DNA of 17,923 bases, taken from the NCBI GenBank assembly GCA_041497675.1, contig JBGQGY010000082.1, forward strand, positions 1 to 17,923, given 5' to 3'. This stretch comes from a bacterium (GTDB lineage Bacteria; Sysuimicrobiota; Sysuimicrobiia; Sysuimicrobiales; Humicultoraceae). Numbering within the stretch: the first letter of the stretch is position 1; the number at the start of each line of letters is the position of its first letter. The position numbers were made by a program, and so were the translations under genes. Below, one piece after another: positions 1 through 7,776 of the stretch. The notes below the pieces were generated by a model. It worked only from the letters and a program-made list of their open reading frames with translations. It made no database searches and was not told the DNA's origin.

Positions 1-1338
1 CGCAAAGCTCCATGTCGGCGCACGCCAGTCCCGGAGCGCTTCCCGGAATTCGGCGCAGGTGCGGGTGCGGCCGGCGCGCAGGGTGGTAGAGAGTTCATCG
101 CAGAAATCTGCGCCCACCCAGCGGAACGACACAGGGCCCGTGTCCCGCGCGGGCTCGGGGAGCAACTCGTCGACGATCGGGCCGTGGCGCGAGCTGCGAA
201 TGACTTTGTTGACCGGCGCCTGACCCTTGACCGCGATCTCCTCGACGCGTTCGCGCGCGGGCTCCCACTTGCCGTCGTAGAGGAAGCATCCCGGGTGCTG
301 CGGGTCGGTGCGCTCCTGATAGAGGTCACGCTGCGAACAGATGTTGTTGGTGATCCCCCAGGCGACGCGCTCGTTGCGGCCCATCAGCACCGCGGGTAGA
401 CCAACATAGGCCATCCCCGCGACGTTGAACGAGCCGCCCCGGAGGTGGACTTCGTGCCAGCACGACGTGACCCCAAACGCGATGTGTGGATCGCTGGACA
501 GCAGCGGTCGGCCCGTGGCGCTGCGGCTGCCGGCGACGGCCCAGTTGTTGCTGCCACCGTCGTCGGCTCCCGCGCTGCCGGCGCGTTCGAGCCGGGCCCG
601 CAGAGGCGGCCGCAGCGGCGGCCGCGACGGCGCGTACGATCCAGCCGGCACAATGCTCTCCTGCCCGGCCTCGGGTGTGAGAAACGCCCGATAGAGCGTG
701 TCGTTTTTCAAGGTACGCTTTGCTAGTTCGGGGAGCGCGATCACAAACAAGCGCCCGGTGAGATACCAGCGGAACTCCGCCAGGATCGCGACGCTGTCCA
801 GTGCGGTCCAGGGGTCGGGTGTGTAGTCGAGTAGCGCGAACTCGATCGGCAGACGGTCGCGGCGCTGCGTGATGCAGGCGTTCACGCCCGCGGCAAAACG
901 CTCGAGCAGCGCCGTGGTCTCTGCGGGCAACTGGGAGAGGTGCGCGCGCGCGATTCCGGGGAGGCCGACAGTGCGGGCCGTGATGTCGAGCGCCAGCCCG
1001 TCGAGGCCGAGGATTTCGGCGAGGCGCCCCATGCCTCTGCGGCGGAGATAGTCCATCTGCCACAGACGGTCCTGCGCCATGGCGAAGCCGTATCCAAAGA
1101 ACAGCGCGTCGTCTGTCTGGGCGAAGATGTGGGGAATCCCCCAGCGGTCACGCAGGATCTCACCACGGCCGGCCCCAGAGACATCGAGGCGATCAGGCGT
1201 GTGTGGCAGGCGAGCGGCCAGTTCGCCGTTCCACCAGGTGTCGAAGTCCTTCCGGGTCCACCCGGAAGCAGCACAGACGTCGGCGATCGACTCGCCGGCA
1301 CCGAGGCGTCGGAGGATCTGCGTGGGAGGAAGACTCAT
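1..1338 (-). CDS. Penicillin acylase family (peptidase S45, Ntn-hydrolase) protein, 3'-truncated by the window edge
   Basis: Hand translation from ATG at 1338 (GGGGA upstream): MSLPPTQILRRLGAGESIADV...GEILRDRWGIPHIFAQTDDALFFGYGFAMAQDRLWQMDYLRRRGMGRLAEILG... and GGSNNWAVAGSRSATGRPLLSSDPH, with the catalytic Ser codon at 552-550. The same frame is open at position 1. It is missing from the ORF track because there is no stop codon in the window. Confidence 0.95.
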   Translation of the reverse strand, partial: MSLPPTQILRRLGAGESIADVCAASGWTRKDFDTWWNGELAARLPHTPDRLDVSGAGRGEILRDRWGIPHIFAQTDDALFFGYGFAMAQDRLWQMDYLRRRGMGRLAEILGLDGLALDITARTVGLPGIARAHLSQLPAETTALLERFAAGVNACITQRRDRLPIEFALLDYTPDPWTALDSVAILAEFRWYLTGRLFVIALPELAKRTLKNDTLYRAFLTPEAGQESIVPAGSYAPSRPPLRPPLRARLERAGSAGADDGGSNNWAVAGSRSATGRPLLSSDPHIAFGVTSCWHEVHLRGGSFNVAGMAYVGLPAVLMGRNERVAWGITNNICSQRDLYQERTDPQHPGCFLYDGKWEPARERVEEIAVKGQAPVNKVIRSSRHGPIVDELLPEPARDTGPVSFRWVGADFCDELSTTLRAGRTRTCAEFREALRDWRAPTWSFA

Positions 1339-1350
1339 CGGATGTTCCCC

Positions 1351-1815
1351 CTATGCCCGCTCGATCCGCAACCGCGACGGCGCGCTGCGCACACCGCGGC
1401 ATGCCTCCCGGAAGCCGACCCAGTCGTACTTCCAGTCTCCGGGGATGCGGGCGAACAGGTTGCCGTGGGTCGGCAGCCCCTCCGCCCCGCGCAGCGTCAC
1501 GCCGCGGCCGTAGATGAGACAAATCTCCGCGACCGGCTTGCCGTCGCCGGTGACGCTGGTGTTGTTCGAAAACCAGTAGAGAATCTCACCTGGGAGGGGC
1601 AGGTTGGTCTGATTCTCCGGCGGGGCCGGTTGCGGGTTGCCGATGACGACGAAGACCTCCATGCCCGAGTATCGACCGTGGGCGAGATCGTGTTCGAGCG
1701 GCAGCCGATCCCAGAGCATCTGCGCGGTCTTTGGGGCTTCACCGTCGAGCAACTCAGCCGTCACCGACTCGCCGGTGGCAACAAGCGTCAACTTGATGTG
1801 GCGCGAAGAAGGCAT
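1351..1815 (-). CDS. DUF3830 family protein (cyclophilin-like fold)
   Basis: 154 aa with AELLDGEAPKT...LWDRLP...HGRYSGMEV...PENQT..PLPGEILY...EICLIYGR...GNLFARI pattern. AAGGGA RBS upstream; 12 nt gap to the acylase gene. Confidence 0.85.
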   Translation of the reverse strand: MPSSRHIKLTLVATGESVTAELLDGEAPKTAQMLWDRLPLEHDLAHGRYSGMEVFVVIGNPQPAPPENQTNLPLPGEILYWFSNNTSVTGDGKPVAEICLIYGRGVTLRGAEGLPTHGNLFARIPGDWKYDWVGFREACRGVRSAPSRLRIERA

Positions 1816-1870
1816 GCATCACGTCCCTTCAGCAATGTAGACATGACCGGCGCGGCATCGAACGGCCGCG

Positions 1871-1900
1871 TTGACAGGGCAACCCGCGCCGGGCTAGTCT
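1871..1900 (+). promoter_or_regulatory. Putative sigma70 promoter for the aldolase-amidohydrolase-dipeptidase operon
   Basis: Perfect TTGACA at 1871-1876, 18-nt spacer, TAGTCT at 1895-1900, in a divergent intergenic region. Confidence 0.6.
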
Positions 1901-1958
1901 GTAGTGGATATATTCTGCACACAGTGTTGCGATTCTTCCTCCACTCCGAGGTCAGAGC

Positions 1959-2870
1959 TTGACCGCAACACCGCAGGCGCTCAAAGAACGTCTCCGGGGT
2001 GTCCTGGCCTTCACGCCCACGCCGTTCCTTCAGGACGGCGGGCTGGATGCCGATGGGTTATCTACGCACGTCGACTATCTGATCCGTAACGGGGCGCACG
2101 TCGTGGTCGTCTGCGGCGGGGCCGGGGAATTCTTCTCGCTCGACATGGACGAATACCGCACAGCCATCAAAACGGCTGCCGACGCCGCGCGGGGACGGGT
2201 GCCGGTCATCGCGGGCATCGGGCACGGCACGCGCGTGGCCACACGCCTGGCGGAACACGCCGCATCGGTGGGCGTGGATGGGTTGATGGTCCATCCACAA
2301 TATTTCGTTGAGGCGCCGGACGATGGTCTCGTGCGCCACTACGAGACGCTGGCGCGCGCAACAGGCTTAGGGATGCTGATCTACAGCACAAAGGGATCAC
2401 CGGTGACGCCGGTGTTGGTCCGGCGGCTGGCCGAGATCGACCAGGTCGTTGCGCTGAAAGACGAGCACGGCGACCTGGCCGCGTTCACCGAGATGAAGCG
2501 TGCACTCGGCCCGCGTCTGGTGTGGATTAACGGCATGGCGGAGATGCACGCTCCCGCATATTTCGCCGCAGGGGCGCAGGCGTTCACCTCGGGTATCGTC
2601 AACTTCGCGCCTCGGATCACGCTTGGGGTGTGGACTGCCGGGGCGGCTGGCCGGGCCGACGAACTGCAAGACTTGATTGCACGAAAGGTCAGGCCGCTCG
2701 CGCAGTTGCGCGCGCGGCATCCAGGGTACGCGATCGCGGTGGTCAAAGAGGCGATGAATCTGCTGGGGCTGCCGGGGGGGACGGTGCGACTGCCGCTGGT
2801 ACCGATTGCATCTGAGGACCGAGAGGAACTGCGCCGGACATTGATCGATCTGGAGTTGCTGAGGACGTGA
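1959..2870 (+). CDS. DHDPS/NAL family protein, most like 5-dehydro-4-deoxyglucarate dehydratase (KdgD-like)
   Basis: TTG start with GAGG upstream. Motifs: LAFTPTPF, CGGAGEFFSL, PVIAGIG, PQY, LIY, Schiff-base Lys in ALKDEHGD, NGMAE, FTSGIVNFAP, PGYAIAVVK, VRLPL. Confidence 0.85.
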   Translation: MTATPQALKERLRGVLAFTPTPFLQDGGLDADGLSTHVDYLIRNGAHVVVVCGGAGEFFSLDMDEYRTAIKTAADAARGRVPVIAGIGHGTRVATRLAEHAASVGVDGLMVHPQYFVEAPDDGLVRHYETLARATGLGMLIYSTKGSPVTPVLVRRLAEIDQVVALKDEHGDLAAFTEMKRALGPRLVWINGMAEMHAPAYFAAGAQAFTSGIVNFAPRITLGVWTAGAAGRADELQDLIARKVRPLAQLRARHPGYAIAVVKEAMNLLGLPGGTVRLPLVPIASEDREELRRTLIDLELLRT

Positions 2871-2892
2871 GCGCCGCACAACGTGCGGCGCT
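2870..2892 (+). other. Intercistronic stem-loop (perfect 10-bp stem)
   Basis: AGCGCCGCAC-AAC-GTGCGGCGCT directly after the stop codon, with no U-tract. Confidence 0.7.
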
Positions 2893-2910
2893 GACTTAGG
2901 AGGACGATCG

Positions 2911-3801
2911 GTGATCGTCGACTGCCACACGCACCTCATGTGGTACCCGGACCACGTGACCGAGCAGTACGCGCAGGAGGCCCTCGCGTCAAAACTAATC
3001 AAGTTGAAGTATTCCGGCGGTCAAGCGTATACGGGCCGGCTCGATTTGCACTCGTACGACTCCACCCCCGAGATCCACTGGAAGGTCTCTGAACCCGCCG
3101 ACAAAGTGGTCGTCTTTGGTCTCCAGGCGAAGGCCACCGGTATCTGGGTGCCCAATGAATTGATCGCGGACTACGTTCGCCAGCACCCCGAAAAACTCGA
3201 AGGGTGGGCGTCCGTCGATCCCAACGAGCGTGACTGCGTCGAGCAGCTCGAGCATGCGGTCAAATACCTCGGGTTGCGCGGGCTGAAACTGGGACCGACG
3301 TACCAGCACTTCGATCCGCAGGACCGAAAGCACTGGCCGTTGTTCAAGAAGGCCCAGGATCTGGGTCTACCGATCATGTGGCACCAGGGGACGACGTTCC
3401 CGAGCCGGGCAAAATTGAACTGGGCCAAGCCGCTGCAACTGGAAGACATCGCCATGGAGTTTCCCGACCTGAAGATGATCATTGCCCATCTGGGTCACCC
3501 GTGGGAAGAAGATGTGGTCGTGCTGATCCGCAAGTGCCCCAACGTCTACACGGACATCAGCGCGGTGCACTATCGGCCGTGGCGCTACTGGCAGGCCATG
3601 GCGACCGCGATGGAGTACGGCGTCGACCACAAGATCCTCCTCGCGTCGGACTTCCCATCGGGGACGATCACCAACGTGATCAACGGCCTGCGCAACGTGA
3701 ACGCGCCGGTCGAGGGCACGAACCTGCCCAAGATTTCCAAAGAGGTGCAGGACCGGATCATCTACGAAAACTGGAAGGCCTTCTTCCCGCAGTGGGCCTA
3801 A
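2911..3801 (+). CDS. Amidohydrolase family protein (Amidohydro_2, TIM-barrel metallohydrolase/decarboxylase superfamily)
   Basis: GTG start with AGGAGG RBS. Motifs: IVDCHTH (HxH), GLRGLKL, PIMWH, IIAHLGHP, NVYTDIS, ILLASDFP. Confidence 0.92.
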   Translation: MIVDCHTHLMWYPDHVTEQYAQEALASKLIKLKYSGGQAYTGRLDLHSYDSTPEIHWKVSEPADKVVVFGLQAKATGIWVPNELIADYVRQHPEKLEGWASVDPNERDCVEQLEHAVKYLGLRGLKLGPTYQHFDPQDRKHWPLFKKAQDLGLPIMWHQGTTFPSRAKLNWAKPLQLEDIAMEFPDLKMIIAHLGHPWEEDVVVLIRKCPNVYTDISAVHYRPWRYWQAMATAMEYGVDHKILLASDFPSGTITNVINGLRNVNAPVEGTNLPKISKEVQDRIIYENWKAFFPQWA

Positions 3802-3830
3802 GACACTAGTCGTCCGGAGGAGCACCGCAC

Positions 3831-4913
3831 ATGTCGCCAGCCGCGCCGGCGTTCCCGCCGATCTTCGACGGGCACAATGATACGATCCTCAGCATGATGA
3901 AGACCGGACGGTCGCTTCTCGACCGGTCCGAGGATGGGCACATCGACCTGCCCCGGTCACGGCAGGGTGGTTTGGGCGGCGGCTTCTTCGCCATGTACAT
4001 CCGCGACCCGGTGATCGCCGAGACATCCACACCGGGGGACTTGTCACCGGAGCGGGTGTTGAACATCTACGGTGACGAGCGCACCTGGCCCGAGCCGATG
4101 GCGCTGGACTACGCGCAGTCCGCCGCACTGGACCTCTTCGGGCGTCTCCTGCGGGTCCCGCAGGCGTCGAACGGGGCCGTCAAGATCGTGCGCACCGCCG
4201 CCGAACTGCAGGATTGCCTGGATCGGGGCACCTTCGCCATGCTGATGCATTTCGAAGGCGCTGAGCCGCTCGACCCGGATGGACAGGCGCTCGAGACATT
4301 CTACGCGGCGGGTCTGCGGTCGGTCGGGCTCACCCACAGCCGGCGGAATCGTTTTGCGAAGGGCGTACCCTTCAAGTTCCCTCATTCACCCGACACCGGG
4401 GAGGGGTTGACCGATGCGGGGAAGACGCTCGTCCGGCAGCTCAACCGGCGCAAGGTCATGATCGACCTGTCGCATCTCAACGAGAAAGGGTTCTGGGAGG
4501 TCGCGTCGATCTCCGACGCGCCGTTGGTCGCGACCCACTCGAACGCGTGGGCGCTGTCGAACACGCCGCGCAACCTGACCGACAAGCAGATGGACGCCGT
4601 GCGCAAAAGCCAGGGAGTGGCCGGGCTCAACTTCCACGTCGGGTTCTTGCGTGAGGACGGCGGCCGGGACGCGAACACGCCGATCTCGCGCATGGTCGAT
4701 CACGTCCGCTACATGGTGGACCGCATGAGCGTCGACTGCGTGGCCCTGGGGTCGGACTTCGACGGCGCGACGATGCCCGCCGAGCTCAAGGATGCCGCGG
4801 GGCTGCCCAAGCTCATGCAGGCGTTGTCAGACCGCGGATTTGGACGGGACGATCTCAAGAAGATCGCGCACGGCAATTGGGTGCGCGTCCTGCGACAGAC
4901 CTGGGGGCAGTAA
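3831..4913 (+). CDS. Membrane (renal-type) dipeptidase, peptidase M19
   Basis: GGAGGA RBS. Motifs: FDGHND, HIDLPR, HFEGAE, GLTDAG, IDLSH, VATHSN, RNLTD, ALGSDFDG, GNWVRV. Confidence 0.95.
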   Translation: MSPAAPAFPPIFDGHNDTILSMMKTGRSLLDRSEDGHIDLPRSRQGGLGGGFFAMYIRDPVIAETSTPGDLSPERVLNIYGDERTWPEPMALDYAQSAALDLFGRLLRVPQASNGAVKIVRTAAELQDCLDRGTFAMLMHFEGAEPLDPDGQALETFYAAGLRSVGLTHSRRNRFAKGVPFKFPHSPDTGEGLTDAGKTLVRQLNRRKVMIDLSHLNEKGFWEVASISDAPLVATHSNAWALSNTPRNLTDKQMDAVRKSQGVAGLNFHVGFLREDGGRDANTPISRMVDHVRYMVDRMSVDCVALGSDFDGATMPAELKDAAGLPKLMQALSDRGFGRDDLKKIAHGNWVRVLRQTWGQ

Positions 4914-6665
4914 TTAGTCGCCAATCGGCGAGGCGGTGATCACCTGACGGTCCGGTTCGAGCTGCAGCCGCCGCTGATGGAAGGCCGACACCGTCGGTCG
5001 GTGCGCGATGCTGATCACCGTGGCGTTCGGGAGCCGCTCCCGCAGCAGCCCATAGAGATGCCGCTCCATCTCTTCGTCGACCGCCGACGTCGCTTCATCG
5101 AGGAAGATCCAGTCGGGACGATTGATCAGCACCCGCGCGAATGCCAGGCGCTGTTGCTCCCCCGCCGATAGCACCATCGACCAGTTCGCAGATTCGTCCA
5201 GGCGCTCCCCGAGATGTCCGAGGCGGCAGGCGTCGAGGACCTCATGCGCGGTGGCGTCGCTTACATCGTCGGCGTTGCGCGGATAGCAGACGGCGTTTTT
5301 CAGCATGCCGAGCGGTAGGTAGGGCTTCTGGGGCAAGAACAGGATCCTAGCGTCGGCCGGGATGCGCACGGTGCCGCGGCCGAACGGCCACAACCCGGCG
5401 AGCGCGCGGAAGAGCGTCGTCTTGCCGCTTCCCGATGGCCCGCTGATCAGGACCTTCTCACCGGCTTCGATGCGCTCGTTGACGTTCTTCAGGAGCACGC
5501 GCCCCGTGGGGACCGCCAGCTCGAGGCCCTTGACTTCCAGCGCCGGCGTCCCGGTCTGCTCCACGAGGATCGCGTCCTTTGCGGCCGCGTCCTCCCTCGA
5601 CCGCTCTATCGCGGCGCCGAACGAGGTCAGACGATCAACGGTGGCCCGCCAGTCGGCGAGCTGCGGATACGCGTCGATGAACCACGACAGCGCGCCCTGG
5701 ACCTGCCCGAATGCGCTGCTGATCTGAATGAGACCGCCGAGCTGGATCGCGCCCGAGAAGTACCGCGGGGCGCCGACCAGGAACGGGAAGATGATGGCGG
5801 CCTGTCCGTAAAAGGACGTGAACCAGGTGAGCGTCTTCTGGCGCCGCATGAGCCGCCACCAGTTCTGCCAGATGTTGCCGAAGCTCCCGTCGAGGTTTCG
5901 CCGCTCGTCGTTCTCGCCGCCGTAGAGCGCGATACTCTCGGCGTTCTCGCGAATGCGCGTCATGCGATAGCGGAAATCGGCTTCGAAACGCTGCTGGTTG
6001 AAGTTGATCAGCCGAAGCGGCCACCCGATCCGCTGCGTAAGCAGCGATCCGAAGAGCGCGTAGACAAATGCGACCCAGACCATGTACCCGGGGATCGTCA
6101 GGGCGATGCGCGAGAGCTTGACGCTCAGTGGTCCTGACAGAGTCCACAGGATGGCCAGGAACGACACGAGGGTCACCACTGAGCTCAGCAGTCCGAGTGA
6201 GAGCCGCAGCGTGTTGTCGGTCAGGAGTCGCATGTCCTCCTGGATGCGCTGCTCGGGGTTGTCGGTGCCGTAGTCCTTGAGCTCCATGCGATAGAAGGCG
6301 CGGCGCGACATCCAGTCGCCTAGATACTGGCCGGTCAGCCAGCGCCGCCAGCGGATCTCGAGCATCTGGCGGAAGTAGATTTGATACACGGCCACGATAA
6401 TGTAGGCGACGGCAAGACCGGTGAAGACCAGCAACTGTTGCTGGTAGACGGCGTAGTTCTTGTTCTGCAGCGCATCGTAGAAGACGCCGTACCACTGGTT
6501 GAACCGGACGTTGAGATACACGATGCCGAGATTCAGTCCGATGAGCAGCGCCAGCAGCCCGCGCGCCGGCCAGCGCTCGTCGGAGAACCAGAACGGTCGT
6601 ACGAGCACCCAGAGTTTACTCCCAAACGCTCGGGCCGTTTGAAGGCGTTGGAGATTGATCGACAT
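4914..6665 (-). CDS. Fused ABC transporter permease/ATPase, YddA/BclA/Rv1819c (BacA-like) family
   Basis: N-terminal TM domain with FYDALQ, WRRWLT, DNPEQRIQED, EADFRY, RENAESIALY. Walker A GPSGSGKT, signature LSAGEQQR, Walker B IFLDE, H-loop SIAHR. Start moved to ATG 6665 (MSINLQ) because GGAGG lies 10 nt upstream. Confidence 0.93.
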   Translation of the reverse strand: MSINLQRLQTARAFGSKLWVLVRPFWFSDERWPARGLLALLIGLNLGIVYLNVRFNQWYGVFYDALQNKNYAVYQQQLLVFTGLAVAYIIVAVYQIYFRQMLEIRWRRWLTGQYLGDWMSRRAFYRMELKDYGTDNPEQRIQEDMRLLTDNTLRLSLGLLSSVVTLVSFLAILWTLSGPLSVKLSRIALTIPGYMVWVAFVYALFGSLLTQRIGWPLRLINFNQQRFEADFRYRMTRIRENAESIALYGGENDERRNLDGSFGNIWQNWWRLMRRQKTLTWFTSFYGQAAIIFPFLVGAPRYFSGAIQLGGLIQISSAFGQVQGALSWFIDAYPQLADWRATVDRLTSFGAAIERSREDAAAKDAILVEQTGTPALEVKGLELAVPTGRVLLKNVNERIEAGEKVLISGPSGSGKTTLFRALAGLWPFGRGTVRIPADARILFLPQKPYLPLGMLKNAVCYPRNADDVSDATAHEVLDACRLGHLGERLDESANWSMVLSAGEQQRLAFARVLINRPDWIFLDEATSAVDEEMERHLYGLLRERLPNATVISIAHRPTVSAFHQRRLQLEPDRQVITASPIGD

Positions 6666-6796
6666 TCGCCGCATTCCTCCGGCTCGAAGTCGCTCGGGCC
6701 GCTTGTTCCTTCCGCACCGGCGGGGCAAGCGCCTTCGAAAGTCGGGAGACGCGCGATGGTGGAGGGGCCGTCAAAGCGGGCGCCGAAGCCCGCCTC

Positions 6797-7774
6797 GTGG
6801 ATCCTCAGGCCGCTCCGGATCTCACCGCCGTCGCGCTGCTGGCGCGCCGCGTACGCGCCTCCGTTGAGCGGGTGATCGTCGGCAAGCCGGAGGTCATCGA
6901 CCAGGCGCTCGTTGCCGTTCTCTGTGAAGGGCACATCCTGATTGAGGACGTGCCCGGGATCGGCAAGACGAAACTGGCGAAAGCGCTAGCCAGGTCCCTC
7001 GGCTGTTCATTCAGACGCCTGCAGTGCACGCCCGACCTGTTGCCCTCCGACATCACCGGTTTGGAATTCTTCAACCAGCGGACACAGACGTTCGAGTTCC
7101 GCCCCGGCCCCGTCTTCACGCAGATCCTGTTGGCCGACGAGATCAACCGCGCGACCCCGCGGACGCAATCGGCGCTGCTCGAGAGCATGGAAGAACGGCA
7201 GGTGACGGTTGAAGGGCAGACGCGCCCGCTGCCCCGGCCGTTTATCGTCCTCGCGACTCAGAATCCGGTCGAACTACAGGGCACGTTCCCTCTTCCCGAA
7301 GCGCAGCTCGACCGCTTTTTGATTCGTCTGGCGCTCGGGTACCCGTCGGCCGCAGATGAGCAAGAGGTGCTCCGGCGCTATCAGGTGGACGAACCGCTGG
7401 ATGATCTGCAGCCTGTGGTAGGACCCGACGACGTCCTGGCGATGCAGAGGGCGGTGCGCGCCGTCTACACGAGCCCGGCGATCGAGGCGTACGTCGTGGC
7501 CATTGCGCGGGCGACGCGGGCGCACCCCGAGGTCGAACTCGGCCTCAGCCCCCGCGGCACCCTGGCGCTCCGCCGCACCGCGCAGGCGCTGGCGGCGATG
7601 CGTGAGCAGACGTTCGTGTTGCCTGATGACGTCAAGGCGAACGCACCCGCGGTGCTGGGACATCGCCTGTCGATCAGCAGCGGCGCTCGGCTGCGCGACC
7701 GCACAGCCGTCGAGATCGTCGACGAGATCCTCCGAAGCGTCCCCGCACCGGTCGAGCGCGAAGCTCGCCCCTAA
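6797..7774 (+). CDS. moxR: MoxR family AAA+ ATPase (MoxR-proper type)
   Basis: GHILIEDVPGIGKT, RLQCTPDLLPSDITG, LLADEINRATPRTQSALLE, ATQNPVE, FPLPEAQLDRF, SPRG. Start codon is GTG without a close SD. Confidence 0.96.
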   Translation: MDPQAAPDLTAVALLARRVRASVERVIVGKPEVIDQALVAVLCEGHILIEDVPGIGKTKLAKALARSLGCSFRRLQCTPDLLPSDITGLEFFNQRTQTFEFRPGPVFTQILLADEINRATPRTQSALLESMEERQVTVEGQTRPLPRPFIVLATQNPVELQGTFPLPEAQLDRFLIRLALGYPSAADEQEVLRRYQVDEPLDDLQPVVGPDDVLAMQRAVRAVYTSPAIEAYVVAIARATRAHPEVELGLSPRGTLALRRTAQALAAMREQTFVLPDDVKANAPAVLGHRLSISSGARLRDRTAVEIVDEILRSVPAPVEREARP

Positions 7775-7776
7775 CC

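Noticed and set aside
326..1063. 245-aa minus-strand ORF with a poly-Ala run
   Set aside because: Alternative frame of the acylase gene. The GCGGCCGC repeats near 606-625 encode RPPLRPPLR in the acylase spacer region.
940..1962. 340-aa plus-strand ORF
   Set aside because: Antisense to the acylase and DUF3830 genes with no motifs. Long stop-free antisense frames are expected at high GC.
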